A DNA stretch of 64,000 nucleotides from Eledone cirrhosa (lineage: Eukaryota), in contig OZ024754.1 in NCBI GenBank assembly GCA_964016885.1, positions 38,874,001 through 38,938,000 of the forward strand, in the 5' to 3' direction. The notes under the pieces were generated by a model. The model made no database searches and was not told where the DNA came from. It worked only from the letters and a program-made list of their open reading frames with translations. Within the stretch, counting starts at the first letter, position 1; each line of letters begins with the position of its first letter. Position numbers and translations under genes: made by a program. Shown here one piece after another: positions 27,244-40,540 of the stretch.

Positions 27244-27460
27244 CAAACAGGTATACAACAGTGAGGATATATATGTATATGGCAAATGGACAAATATATA
27301 TATATATATATATATATCTAGAGAGGAGATGGGCTCTGCAAGGTTTACAAAATACCCAAGAAATGCTGTGTCACTACTGCACCCGTCAGAAACCAATGTA
27401 AGTAGGGTACTCAATATGTCAAGCAGAAAGGGTACATTCATTAATTTATTAAAAAATAAA

Positions 27461-27505
27461 CTCTTACAGAACTAGTTCTGTTTCCTTCTATAATTCGTCA
27501 GATGA
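27461..27505 (-). ncRNA. Hammerhead-like core (family G), weak stems I and II
   Basis: Minus: CTGACGA-ATTATAGAAG-GAAA-CAGAACTAGTTCTG (perfect palindrome)-TA. The tail GTAAGTAGGGTACTCAATA is shared with 54759. Confidence 0.45.
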
Positions 27506-27634
27506 CTTTTTAAAGAACAACATAGAACTAGCCTTGTAAGGGTTGCCATTTAATAAATATATATATATGCATACATATAAATTCACACACACACACATGT
27601 ATGCATGCTTCCATACATACATTAATTCATTAAA

Positions 27635-27666
<32 letters not shown>

Positions 27667-28264
27667 CTATACATATAAACACACACATATGTATATGTGT
27701 GTGGGGAGTGTATATATAGATACATAGTAGTCACATTATGAAAAGATTTTCTCAGAATCGCCAACAGCCACCAGAACATTTATAGTAGCAGCAGTAGCAG
27801 TGGTGGTGGTGGTTGTGGTAGTAGCAGCAGTATTTGTAGTAGTAGTAGTAGTAGTATCAGAACATCTGCAGATCAGCAAGTGACTAAGTATTGTATATCA
27901 AGGATTATTTCTCACATCTATATTATAGAGATATAAACAATGCTGTGCCTCTAAGTAGAGAGATTATACACACAGCAGCACAGCACTTTGTATTGTTATC
28001 CTTCCATAAGAGCTGACTCTAACAGATGTTGTCTCAATATCTCTTTGATTATGTCAAGACTATAATAAAGAGTACTTAGAGAGCAAATCACTGCTATGAA
28101 CTAACTACAGTTTAAAGTCTTTCGACAGACAACACAGCTGCTGTCTGATGTATGTAATGGAGTCCTCACATGTTAATATTATCTAGAAAGAAAGTGGTTA
28201 GCAATCAAACAGGGGAATTGTAGGGTCAAGAGAGCCCTTTATGTCAAGGATATGGCAATCTCTC

Positions 28265-28690
28265 ATGTATTGGGGCCCACAATAAAATGTGCCCGTACAC
28301 TCTCACAGGACCAGTGATTGAATCTCTTAGGTATTTGGGCCCCAATAAAATGCACCCAGTACACTCTCAAGGGACCACTGATTGAATCTCTTAGGTATTG
28401 GGGCCCCAATAAAATGCACCCAGTACACTTTCAAGGGACCACTGATTGAATCTCTTAGGTATTGAGGCCCCAATAAAATGCACCCAGTACACTCTCAAGG
28501 GACCACTGATAGAATCTCTCAGGTATTGGGGGCCATGATTGCATCCTGTACACTCTATAATGTGGTTAGAAATCAGAGATATTGTTTGGTTGAGAGAACC
28601 CTTTAGTTGTATCAAGGATATGTCAATCTCTCTAGTATTGGGCCCCACAATAAAATGTGCTCAGTACACTCTAAAGGGCCCAGTGATTGA
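28265..28690. repeat. 64-bp minisatellite
   Basis: GTATTGGGGCCCCAATAAAATGCACCCAGTACACTCTCAAGGGACCACTGATTGAATCTCTTAG at 28331, 28395, 28459. Confidence 0.85.
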
Positions 28691-28911
28691 CCAGTGTCAA
28701 AAGTGGACATAGAAAACCTTTTAGGACCTTTTAGTCATTGCAAGAATACAACAACTTCTCTGTAAATGGGCTAGCAATCAAACAGACAATATAGGTATCA
28801 TGGGGACCTTTTAGTTATTTCAAAGATATGACAACCTCCTCAGAGCTAATGATAAAATGCCATGAAAAAATGCACTCATAGAAATATAATTGTATATATA
28901 GAGTAATGTAA

Positions 28912-29097
28912 TTAATTGTTTCTACTTTAGGCACAAGGCCAGCAATTACCCAGTGCATTACTGGTACTTTATTTTATCGACCCCGTAAGGATGAAAGGCA
29001 AAGTCAACCTCGGCGGGATTTGAACTCAGATCGTAAAGGGACATAACTATGCTGGAAAGCATGGCGTCCGACCCTCTACCGATACTGCCAATCCACC
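28912..29097 (-). mobile_element. Young tRNA-head SINE with 17-bp target-site duplication
   Basis: AGAGTAATGTAATTAAT at 28900-28916 and 29098-29114. Confidence 0.9.
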
Positions 29098-29379
29098 AGA
29101 GTAATGTAATTAATGTAATTAAGTTGGGAGGGGAGAGAGTCATTATTCTGTAAAGAATAAATGTTGGTATATTTTAAGTTCAATAAATCACAAGACATAA
29201 TATATTGATGCAAGTTCGTTTCAGTTGTAGATCAAAATGAAAGTTATTTTTCCTTTTCATGCATCTGAATACATTGATAGTAGATACATTACAAAACACA
29301 CACAAACACACATAATATACTTACACTAGTAGAAACCTATCCAAAGGCCAGTAATTCTGCTAGTAACACATATATATAA

Positions 29380-29571
29380 AATAATTGTTTCTACTTTAGG
29401 CACAAGGCCAGCAATTACCCAGTGCATTACTGGTACTTTATTTTATCGACCCCGTAAGGATGAAAGGCAAAGTCAACCTCGGCGGGATTTGAACTCAGAT
29501 CGTAAAGGGACGTAACTATGCTGGAAAGCATGGCGCCCAACCCACTACCGATACTGCCAATCCACCGCCCT
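29380..29571 (-). mobile_element. tRNA-head SINE, full length
   Basis: GGGCGGTGGATTGGCAGTATCGG head through AAT tail. Confidence 0.88.
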
Positions 29572-29602
29572 ATATATATATATATATCTATCTATCTATC
29601 TA

Positions 29603-30375
29603 TTAACTTTTTAAATTCCATTTGTGATAACATTTTACACGTTTTTATTGTATGTAAACTTCCCCCTTTGTATTTGTCCCCTTCTTTTGTGCCCCTGTGG
29701 CTAATAAAGAAATCTATCTATCTATCTAGACGAAGAAACCGTCGCGCACGCATTCATACACTGCCCGGGCGTCACTGACCTGTGGGGCTATGTAGAACGA
29801 CTATTGTCGCGGGTGGGACCAATCCAGTTGACCACCGAGTCCATTGTCATGATCAAACCGCCACCCTCCTTCAAAAACGAAGGAGAGGCGGTTTTCCTTT
29901 GTGTGATAGCTATGGCGAAAGAGGTTGTATGGTGGACAAGGTTGAAAGGGCTGAGGTCAGACACCTTTCTCTCCGGCCAACAACTGATTCTTTTTTTCAA
30001 ATACCACTTTGGAAGAAGAATCAGGATGGAGAGAGAGGTGCTGTACCCCAGCAAGTTTTATGAAAGGTGGGTGAAAGTGGCGAGAATGGCCCAAGTGAAT
30101 GGGCCTTCTCTCTATATCAGCCTGTAGGTTGAGGAAAAGGAGGAGGAGAGGAAAGGAGTACAAGCTCTTCGTACTCCTGGAGATGAGGGTTGCACATTTT
30201 TTTTCGGGGGTATGTGTTACCCATATAAACTGTCTCCCTCTATTGGGGAAAATCGACTAACTTTTAAATTCCATCTGTGATAACATTTTACACGTTTTTA
30301 TTGTATGTAAACTTCCCCCTTTGTATTTGTCCCCTTCTTTTGTGCCCCTGTGGCTAATAAAGAAATCTATCTATC
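29603..30375 (+). mobile_element. Tx1/L1-clade LINE 3' end (ORF2 C-terminus 29729-30127 plus 3' UTR), preceded by a second 3' UTR copy
   Basis: DEETVAHAFIHCP..WGYV..AKEVVWWTR..ERW (CCHC region of L1/Tx1 ORF2). The 3' UTR ends AATAAAGAAATCTATCTATC and is duplicated at 29603-29728. Confidence 0.85.
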
Positions 30376-30500
30376 GTCGTCATCATCATCATCATCATCA
30401 TCGTTTAACGTCCATATTCCACGCTTGCATGGGTATATAAGGGAATAAAGAATCAGTGTTGTATCATATACATATCATATACATATTATGTCTTGTGATT

Positions 30501-30592
30501 ACATATTACATATGTTTCACTGTCAATCAGCTCGAGGAACGATCGATTAATGATCGATTCCGACTTTGGAATTGGAAGCTCCTCAGATGTGT
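30501..30592 (-). ncRNA. Hammerhead with enlarged stem II (family H)
   Basis: Minus: ACACAT-CTGAGGA-GCTTCCAATT...GATTGACAGT-GAAA-CATATG palindrome-TA-ATATGT. Confidence 0.65.
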
Positions 30593-30871
30593 TAACATGT
30601 AGACTTGTGTCTAAGAGTGGTTGGATACTTATCCCGGTTCATTCTTTTATGCTGCCCCACACTCTGTTAAAGGAATGTGTCATATATATGTGTGCGTATA
30701 TATGTGTGCGTATATATGTGTGCGTATATATGTGTGCGTATATGTGTGCGTATATATGTGTGCGTATATATGTGTGTGTATATATGTGTGCGTATATATG
30801 TGTGTGTATATATGTGTGTGTATATATAAATGTATATACAGAAAGAGAGAGAGAGAGATAGACAGAATGAG

Positions 30872-30904
<33 letters not shown>

Positions 30905-31211
30905 GTGTGTGTATATATGTGTGTGTATATATGTGTGTGTATATATAAATGTATATACAGAAAGAGAGAGAGAGAGATAGACAGAATGAGTATATATATA
31001 TATATGTATATATATGTGTGTGTGTATATTATATATATATAACAAACAAATTGTTTACATGCCGACACAAGAGAACGAATGACGGGGTCATTCTACTGAC
31101 ATGGCTTTAAAGAGGCTGTTTGCATAATTGCAAACGAATCGAATGTTATTATTATTAATATTCGAAAAACTCAGATTACATTTATTATATATACATATAT
31201 ATATATATATA

Positions 31212-31569
31212 TGCAAAAGTTTTATTTAAAATTGTTGGGTTACAACAAGTAAATATTTTATAACTGATATAAAACACTCGACAAGTTTTTGGAGTAGATA
31301 TACGATATTAAACAAATGGAAACTATATTTATAAAACCAGATAAAATACAATATATAAACAGTTTTATAAATAATTTTATAAAACTACCCAGGCAGCTTC
31401 CTAATTTAATGGTCGCTTATATTATGGTACGTCAAAATTATGTATAAAACTGTTTATATATTGTATTTTATCTGACGAAGGCATGCCATATTTTTAATAT
31501 GGTATCCCTGAAATATGTATAATGAAATAAATATGGTTTTATAAATATAGTTTCTATTTGTTTAATATC

Positions 31570-31572
<3 letters not shown>
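31212..31572. mobile_element. Family A Penelope-like end in (TA)n
   Basis: Homologous to 545-890; TA-flanked; short inverted arm. Confidence 0.75.
31464..31529 (+). ncRNA. Minimal type I hammerhead ribozyme (family A)
   Basis: TATTTTAT-CTGACGA-AGGCATGCCATATT.TTT.AATATGGTATCCCT-GAAA-TATGTA-TA-ATGAAATA. Stem II covaries with the 781 copy. Confidence 0.85.
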
Positions 31573-31624
<52 letters not shown>

Positions 31625-31685
31625 GTAGACAGACAGACAGACAGGGTGTATATTCTTTATGAAGTAAGGAGTAAGGGAGACTTAC

Positions 31686-31832
31686 AGTGATAATATCCAG
31701 CAGCTTCAAAGACATCCTCCTCGCCATCGATTCGCTCTTCTAAGTAATGTTCTAACTCCCCTCGTAAACCTCTGTACAATTCTCTGCGTAAATCATCATC
31801 TATACACTGTTCTATTTCCTCCTCCTCCTGAC
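31686..31832 (-). CDS. Internal coding exon of an unidentified gene
   Basis: CTAAG acceptor, GTAAG donor, 147 bp, phase 1-1, open: QEEEEIEQCIDDDLRRELYRGLRGELEHYLEERIDGEEDVFEAAGYYH. Confidence 0.75.
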
Positions 31833-32073
31833 CTTAGGGGGTGGAATGATGAATGGGTGGAGATGAAATAATGAAATAATGAAACAATGAAGTGGTGAAA
31901 TGTAATCAGAATGATGGGATGGGAAAATGAGATGAAAGGATATTAACCGTTTTGCTACCAAACCATTTGCAGTCTCCCTTAGTTCTATGATATGAACCTG
32001 CTTATTTTAAAGGGTTTATATTTATCTAAAAATTTTCTACCATAATTCTATGTAAGAGCTTTTCTTTAACATA

Positions 32074-32241
32074 CCGTATTTCCCGGCATCGAAGAAGCTA
32101 CTTTTTCCCTAAAATAAGTCTCAAAAATCTACCATGCGTCCTGGAGGCCGAAGGTTGTTTATTATTTTTTTTCAAATTTTTGGTTATCAAAATTAGAGTA
32201 TGTCCTCGAGGATGAAGCATCTTTGGCGCCAGGAAATACAG
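32074..32241. mobile_element. Tc1/mariner (pogo/Tigger-type) MITE
   Basis: TA|CCGTATTTCCCGGC ... GCCAGGAAATACAG|TA terminal inverted repeats with TA duplication. Confidence 0.75.
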
Positions 32242-32789
32242 TATGTTCTAAAGACCAGCTTAATAATGAGAAAGTAAATTATGTTGCTAAATTCTTTCAA
32301 ATTCTTGATTATTTTCAAAATTATTTGAAAATAACATACAGTATTTTTCATTAGTAATATGGTAATGACTGGGTTAAGGTGTTTATTTTTATTTAAAAAA
32401 ACAAAACCTTCCATCATATTTCAATGTAAGAACCTTTGTTTTTAAGCTTATGTTCCAAACACTAGCTTAATAATGAGAAAATTAGTTATATTACTAAATC
32501 TTTCCAAATTCTTGTTTATTTTCAAAATTTTATGAAAATCACAGGCTGTGTCTTTCACAAAAAATATAATGAAAAAGTTACCTTTCCTTGCAGGAGGTAG
32601 TTGAAAAATGTCATATGTAATATAATGTAAACTCCTTTATATATTCTAGGAGGCTTGTAAGGACTAGTGCTTACATAGACCCAGTTTAATGACATTAGGA
32701 GGATATAGATAAATAGATAAATCTTTCTCATGGATAAGACACTAGTCTATTATTCCCAATATTCTATAAAGTGTTGAGACACCTACAGT

Positions 32790-33600
32790 AGATTTGAGCT
32801 AAGTGGTGTACTAATGAGGTGGAGAATGTCCCTGAAACTGAAAGGAAAAGTATATGCTGTATATGTGAGAGGTGCCATGATTTTATGGGGGTGAGGCACA
32901 GATGATGAAAATGGAGTATCAGAGAAAGCTAGAAAGAATGGAAATGCAGATGATCTAATGGATGAGTAGAGTATTTCTGAAAGAGAGCAAACAAGCATGC
33001 ATGACCTTGTGTGTTGCAAGCAAGGTGTTGAGCTGGTGCTTAAACCAGTTTCATGGCATGAAGTGACTGAGAGTACAAGACTCCCCCTGGACAGGACGCC
33101 AGTCCATCGCAGGGTTAAGCCCACAGCTATTGCTGGCACTCATTTTCAGTGAAATGAAGTGTTTTGTTCAAGAACACAACACACAACCCAGCCCAGGAAT
33201 CGAACCCACGACACCACGATCGTAAGTCCAGCACTCTTACCACTAGACCACGTGCCTTTACGAGAAAGGAAGACAAACAATGAATTGCAGAGGATGACGG
33301 AAATAGAAGCAGTGATGAATGTTGTGAAGAGAAATGGTGTGAGATGGTTCAGTCATGTGTTGAGGAAGGATGAAAGTGACTGGGTGATAGGAGTGATGGA
33401 AATTAATGTGGAAGGAAATACAAGAAGGGAAGACCAAGAAAGACATGGCTAAAGATGATGGATGAGGAAATGAAAGCCAGAGGATTTGGTGAAGTGGGGG
33501 GGGGTTAGACAATAAGGAAAAATAGAGAAGTTTGTCATAGGGATCTGCAAGGTTGACCCGTTTTAGTAGGAAAGATGGCCTTGAAAGGATTGTTGTTGTT
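32790..33600 (+). mobile_element. Decayed RTE LINE 3' region interrupted by a SINE (33005-33257, minus)
   Basis: SLKLKGKVYAVYVRGAM..; RERKTNNELQRM..VVKRNGVRWFSHVLRKDE..VEG. Confidence 0.7.
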
Positions 33601-34234
33601 GTTTTTGTACCAATGAGAAGAGACTAAAGAGGTGAGTCACATCAAGATTTGAATCCCAGGGTGATGATTAAGAAGAGAAGATGGGGACTTAAACTGTTTT
33701 AGAGCAGGATTAAGAAAGAGCACATGGCTATATACTGAACTAAATATATTCATAATTATCACTGTACTTACCCAACTAGTGGCTAGAATAAATTAACTAG
33801 CTATAATTTGTATAATTAAAGTATTAAATGGCTATAATTTGTATAAGTAGTGTATTAACTGACTATAATTTGTATAATCGGTCAGTATAGGCATCTTGGA
33901 GGAAGGAAAGGCAACATGTCTAGGAGAGCAATAACTCCAAATAAATAAAATTGTACAGGGTAGATGAGAGCTCCATAAGTCATGGGAAAGGCAACCCAAC
34001 TAGGAGGGCAATTATTCTAAATAAATAAAACAACATGGGATAGACATGGGCTCTGAATGTTATAGCAAAGGCAGCCTGTCTTGGAAGATAATCACTCCGA
34101 ATAAAAGGATTTAGACTATACCTCAATTTTCCCATTCATTATCTATACAGTCACCTTTTGACCTACACTGTGGCATGATTTTCCCTTCCATTATCTATAC
34201 CCCCCACGATCCCTCAAATCAGAGAGAGAGAGAG

Positions 34235-34660
34235 AGAACTACAGAAAGATAGCTCAAGTGTGACTCTGAGTACTAGCTCAAGAAAGAGAGAAAGAAGTAC
34301 AGAAAGATAGCTCAAGTATGACTCATTGAGTACTAGCTCAAGAGAAAGAAGTACAGGAAGATAGCTCAAGTATGACTCATTGAGTACTAGTTCAAGAGAA
34401 ATAAGTACAGGAAGATAACTCAAGTATGACTCATTGAGTACCAGCTCAAGAGAAAGAAGTACAGGAAGATAGCTCAAGTATGACTCATTGAGTACTAGCT
34501 CAAGAGAATGAAGTACAGGAAGATAACTCAAGTATGACTCATTGAGTACTAGTTCAAGAGAAAGAAGTACAGGAAGATAGCTCAAGTATGACTCATTGAG
34601 TATGAGCTCAAGAGAGAGAACCGGAAGAAATAGAGATACTTCAATTGTGACTCATTGAGT
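34235..34660. repeat. 54-bp minisatellite, ~7 copies
   Basis: Unit AGAAAGAAGTACAGGAAGATAGCTCAAGTATGACTCATTGAGTACTAGCTCAAG. Confidence 0.9.
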
Positions 34661-34899
34661 GCCTTTGAGTAGCAGGAACTGAGAGGTTTTACTTAGTCAA
34701 TATAATGCTTAGTAAGTCAATAAAAAAAACACTTCTTTGTTTATATAACTCTGCCAATAAAAACTTGGCCAAAATTCTAGATTTACAGGAAGGATATCTT
34801 TGCAAAGTATTTCTTACTAATCTCCACTTCCCTCTCCCTCTCAACCTATCTATTTTAATAACAATAACTGTTCTAGCATAACATTCAAAGAAGACTATA

Positions 34900-35092
34900 T
34901 AATAATTGTTTCTTCTTTAGGCACAAGGCCAGCAATTATCCAGTGCATTACTGGTACTTTATTTTATCGACCCCGTAAGGATGAAAGGCAAAGTCAACTT
35001 CGGCGGGATTTGAACTCAGACCGTAAAGGGACGTAACTATGCTGGAAAGCATGGCGTCCGACCCTCTACCGATACTGCCAATCCATCGCCCT

Positions 35093-35129
<37 letters not shown>

Positions 35130-35361
35130 CTTTCTTTATTAGCCACAGAGGGTTCAACAATAATGATAATAATTGTTTCTTCTATTGGCACAAGGCCAGC
35201 AATCATCTCAGTGTATTACTGGTACTTTATTTTATCGATCCCGTAAAGATGAAAGCAAAGTTAACCTCAGCGGGATTTGAAGTCAGACTATAAAGGGCCG
35301 TAACTCTTTGCTGCAAAGCATGGTGTCTGACCCTCTACCGATACTGCCAATCCACCGCCCT
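34900..35361 (-). mobile_element. Two tRNA-head SINEs separated by (AAT)n
   Basis: Copies 34900-35092 and 35168-35361. Confidence 0.85.
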
Positions 35362-36429
35362 AATTGTAATGATAATAATAAGCAACTAACAGAGGTGGGA
35401 CAGGGGTCAGAAAGAGGAAATAGGTGAGACATCAATGGAATGGTTTTGGGCAAAGGCTAATGATGATAATAATGATAATAATAATAAGCTTTAAACAAAA
35501 ACAAAAAAAAACAAAGCAGGGTGAAATGAAATTATGAATGATAATAATAATAATGATAATAATAAAAAATGAAGATATCGGTTATAAATGAAATACATTT
35601 AAAAACTGGAATCAACAAAAATGACAAGGATCAGTGTAAAATTTGACAAAAAGGAGGAAATATTCTGTGAAATTTAAAGAATTGTTAATTTTTTCCATTG
35701 AATTAATAACCCTTGTAGATACAAAACCACCCGAAACTGGTTTACAATACAAAACACAAAACTGTTTGTTTGAAATGTAATGTATTCATATTCATCTAGA
35801 AAAAACCTCCCATCATAATTTTAAGTGAGATTCTTTGGTAAGTTATGTTCCAAATACCAGATAAATAATGATTTAGGAATTAACCCCAGTATTTGATGGT
35901 ACTTTATTTTATCAACCCTGGAAGAATGAAAGGAAAAGTTGCCCTCTATTTGAGTACAGAATGGAAAATACCAGAAACTCCTTTTTCAAAACTCCTTTTT
36001 GTCAATTAAACAAAAAACTGCAGGAAAAAAAAATGCAAATGATATGTTAATTAATTCGATGAAATGAAAAAATAAAATAAAAGTATACTTATGTGCCGTG
36101 CTGGATTAGGGAAATGATGATGATGGATGAGGATAATGAGGATGAAATGTTACATAAATAAAGGCCATGGGAACACAGTAAAATAAAAACAAAATTAATT
36201 GGTACACGACAACAATGACAACAACAACAACTGAAGCACAGATAAATGAAGGAAAACAGACAGACAGACAGCCATGCTTGTATGGAAAATCAGAAAGACA
36301 GAATGATGGGGGAAAAGTGAGCGATATGCTGTCATATATAAAATATATAAGAACTTCAATGATACTCATTGTTGCACCAAAGGTACAGAGGAGGAGAGTG
36401 GGTAACAGTGATAGATTGGTTAACACAGA

Positions 36430-37530
36430 ACATCCAGTCCACACTGTAAAGAGGTCCTATAGGAGACACAGTAAAAAGGCTCCCAGTCCACACTGTAAAG
36501 TGGTCCTATAGGAGACACAGTAAAAAGGCTCCCAGTCCACACTGTAAAGAGGTCGTATAGGAGACACAGTAAAAATGCTCCCAGTCCACACTGTAAAGAG
36601 GTCGTATAGGAGACACAGTAAAAATGCTCCCAGTCCACACTGTAAAGAGGTCGTATAGGAGACACAGTAAAAAGGCTCCCAGTCCACACTGTAAAGTGGT
36701 CCTATAGGAGACACAGTAAAAAGGCTCCCAGTCCACACTGTAAAGAGGTCGTATAGGAGACACAGTAAAAATGCTCCCAGTCCACACTGTAAAGAGGTCC
36801 TATAGGAGACACAGTAAAAATGCTCCCAGTCCACACTGTAAAGAGGTCGTATAGGAGACACAGTAAAAAGGCTCCCAGTCCACACTGTAAAGTGGTCGTG
36901 TAGGAGACACGGTAAAAAGGCTCCCAGTCCACACTGTAAAGTGGTCGTATAGGAGACACAGTAAAAAGGCTCCCAGTCCACACTGTAAAGTGGTCGTATA
37001 GGAGACACAGTAAAAAGGCTCCCAGTCCACACTGTAAAGTGGTCGTATAGAAGACACAGTAAAAAGGCTCCCAGTCCACACTGTAAAGTGGTCGTATAGG
37101 AGACACAGTAAAAAGGCTCCCAGTCCACACTGTAAAGTGGTCGTGTAGGAGACACAGTAAAAAGGCTCCCAGTCCACACTGTAAAGAGGTCGTATAGGAG
37201 ACACAGTAAAAATGCTCCCAGTCCACACTGTAAAGAGGTCGTATAGGAGACACAGTAAAAAGGCTCCCAGTCCACACTGTAAAGTGGTCGTGTAGGAGAC
37301 ACGGTAAAAAGGCTCCCAGTCCACACTGTAAAGTGGTCGTATAGGAGACACAGTAAAAAGGCTCCCAGTCCACACTGTAAAGTGGTCGTATAGAAGACAC
37401 AGTAAAAAGGCTCCCAGTCCACACTGTAAAGTGGTCGTGTAGGAGACACAGTAAAAAGGCTCCCAGTCCACACTGTAAAGAGGTCGTATAGGAGACACAG
37501 TAAAAATGCTCCCAGTCCACACTGTAAATG
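36430..37530. repeat. 49-bp minisatellite, ~22 copies, SINE-derived
   Basis: Unit GGAGACACAGTAAAAAGGCTCCCAGTCCACACTGTAAAGTGGTCGTATA, similar to the SINE internal repeat at 285-360 and 55935-56025. Confidence 0.92.
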
Positions 37531-38244
37531 TCCACTGGTCTTACTTGGGCTAGGCCTAGCTTGATCCAGATGAACATACTCCATCCAAGTCGTTTTGGGT
37601 TTTTCTGAGCCTCCACTGCCTCCTGGATCGACACACACACATATATATATATACACACACACGCACACACATATATATCTTACATAAATTTACTTTCTCT
37701 CTCTCTCACACACATACTCACACAAAAGCTGCATGGATATTACCATGAACTCCAAAAGTGCTGGAAGTTGTTTCGCAATGAAAACATTCTTGACCTTTTC
37801 CATTAATGGTCTTTACCAATCACAATAGGCAAACAAATGGGGAGGAGTGTACATTAGAAACCAAACGTGCTTTTGTGAGTGTGTGTGTTTGTGTTGTGTG
37901 TGTGTATATATGTTTGTGTGTGTGTATATATGTGTGTTTGTGTGTGTATGTGTATGTGTTATGGACTATAACATTTTCATAATGGCATTGAGCAACTAAC
38001 TACAAGAAGAATTGACTTGATAAGCTCTCAAAAGATCTGAAAATGCTGATATAAAAGGGAAAGAAAGAAAGTAAGAAAGATAGAAAGAAAGAAAGAAAGA
38101 GTAAAAGAAGTGAGTAGGAGAAATAAATAAGAGAAAATATGTTGTGAATTGACTCAGAACAGTAGTAGGTTCTCAGAGAACTGAGTACATAAGGCTTACA
38201 ATTTGAAGGGAAAGGGGAAAGTCAATTAAATCAACTCCAGTATT

Positions 38245-38950
38245 TTTCTTCTTCTTCCTCATCCACTTATTCCTGAGAGGGCTGTAGGGACAGAGTCCTT
38301 AAACACTCCTTCCAGCAGATCCTGTCAAAAGCAACTGTCTCAAACTGATTCAGATGGATCCTCAGGCAAGACCAGCCAAGCTCGTGGATGTTACCCAACC
38401 ATCTTGCTTGAGGTCTACCCCTGGGTCTCCTGCCGGTTGGTTTTGCCTGTAAAATCTGTCCAGCGATTCTTTCCCGAGACATTCTAACCACATGCCCATA
38501 GTATTGGAGATGTGATCTCTCAATTTGGAGAAGTAGTGGCTCTATCTGGAGTAATTCTCTGAGTAACAATACTTAAAAGACCCTTCGGAGGAACCTCCTC
38601 TCGACCACTTGTATTCGTGATCATATTCTTTCGGTCATTACTTAAGATTCATGACTATAAGACTACAATATATGACTGTTACATAAGTAATGTCCTTTTC
38701 CGCATCTCTCCATTCGTCACGGTCCTTTGTCATCTCTTCCGTGAGCTTTAGTGATCCGAGGTCATCTTTCACCACCTCCGACCATGATTTTCGTGGTCTT
38801 CCTCTACTGCATCTTCCTTCCACTGGGATTTCTTGGCACTTCTTTACCTAGCATTCATCTTCCATGCACATCACATGGCCATACCAATGCAGTCTTCTCT
38901 CCCACACACCACAACTTATCCCTCTTATACACAGTTTCTCTCTCAACTCC
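38245..38950 (-). mobile_element. Two adjacent RTE-clade LINE 3' fragments
   Basis: EPLLLQIERSHLQYYGHVVRM..PTGRRPRGRP..RW (38267-38640) and RRLHWYGHVM..VEGRCSRGRPRKSWSEVVKDDL..DRDEWR (38690-38950). Confidence 0.85.
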
Positions 38951-38996
38951 TCTATCCTTGGTCCAATACTGCCAATCCACTGCCCTTGGAAAAATA

Positions 38997-39042
<46 letters not shown>

Positions 39043-39892
39043 GAAACTAAGATTATATTGATCTTTCTATTTTAAACTATCTCACCATCCCATAATCCAG
39101 CTATGTGTAAACCCCACATGGAATTCAGCCATCCATACACACAACACTCCTTCTAAACTACTGGCTTCTATTAGAAGAATACATAAATGGACAATCCACA
39201 ATTTTCTTCAATCTCTCTCTCTCTTCCACCTCCTTGATTATTTTCGCAACATGTTCTTCAATTTTGAGACTTAATTCATCAGAATGGAATCGGTAAAGTT
39301 CTTATTTTTAGTAATCAACTTAAGAATTGCTCAACAGTTTTAATGAAAAATTTAGCAATGTTGAAAGAAACTCCCATATTGGCTTGGAAAAGATTTCATT
39401 CCAGCTTCTGTCAATCTGTTTTTTAAATGAGTTATTTTTGTTTAAGATTTAGTGTCTCTGTTTATTTCTTAAAATATAAAATTGTTATCAGGAAGATAAA
39501 GTCAAATTTAAAGACTTTTTTGTTTGTTTTTCCCCATAATAAAAAAAAACAACTTCAAATTACAAATGAAATAAAATAACAAAAAGAAAAGAGATAAAAA
39601 GAGAACAGTTGCCATAGTGATATTTTCCACCTGTGAGACTCATCATTACCATTAGTTTTATGTCCACTTTTACATGCTAGTATGGGCTAGACAAGAATTA
39701 TTTCCGTTTTGTTTTAAGACTGTTTTCCTCTGCTTGAATGCTCTTTCTAATGTTAACCTTTAATTATTTTTTTTTTAAAGTATAACACAATCTTTGCAAG
39801 TGAAACTATTGAACCATGGGACATATTGTTTATGTGGGAGTTGAAAATATCATCAACCATTATTGAAGTTAGTGGAGAAAGTAAAGGTGCAG

Positions 39893-40540
39893 CTGGAGTT
39901 TTTTTCTGATCTGAGGCAATCCTGGAGTTTTTTTCCGATCTGAGGCAGTCCTGGAGTTTGTTCTGATTTAAGGTGGTCTTGGAGTTTGTTCTGATCTGAG
40001 GCAGTCCTAGAGTTTGTTCTGATCTGAGGCAGTCCTAGAGTTTGTTCTGATCTGAGGTGGTCCTGGAGTTTTGTTGATTCTGAGGCAGTCCTGGAGTTTT
40101 CTGATCTGAGGTAGTCCTGGAGTTTCTTTGATTCTGAGGTGGTCCTGGAGTTTCTTTGATCCTGAGGTGATCCTGGAGTCTTTTCCAATCTGAGGTGGTT
40201 CTGGAGTTTTGTTGATTCTAAGGTGGTCCTGGAGTTTTTCCCGATCTAAGGTGGTAATGGAGATTTTTCCAATCTGAGGTGGTCCCAGATATTTTTCCAA
40301 TCTGAGGTGGTCTCGGATTTTTTTCCGATCTGAGGTGGTCATGGAAATTTTTCCAATCTGAGGTGGTCATGGAAATTTTTCCGATCTGAGGTGGTCCTGA
40401 AGATTTTTCTGATCTGAGGTGGTTTGGATTTTTTTTTTCAATCTAAGGTGGTCCTGGATTTTTTTCCAACCTGAGGTGGTTCTGGAGGTTTTTCCAATCT
40501 GAGGTGGTCCTGGGGTTTTGTTGATTCTCAGGCAATCCTT
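39893..40540. repeat. ~28-bp diverged minisatellite
   Basis: Unit ~TCTGATCTGAGGTGGTCCTGGAGTTTT. Confidence 0.88.

Noticed and set aside
27321-27403. Plus-strand exon ending in GTAAGT
   Set aside because: The donor-like text is part of the family G repeat tail (also at 54759), and the acceptor is preceded only by (TA)n.
29480-29571. SINE heads as tRNA genes
   Set aside because: A/B boxes are present but there is no complete cloverleaf, and they are always fused to the SINE core and tail.
36457-37670. 403-aa and 322-aa repetitive ORFs
   Set aside because: Product of a 49-bp unit cycling through frames; SINE-derived.
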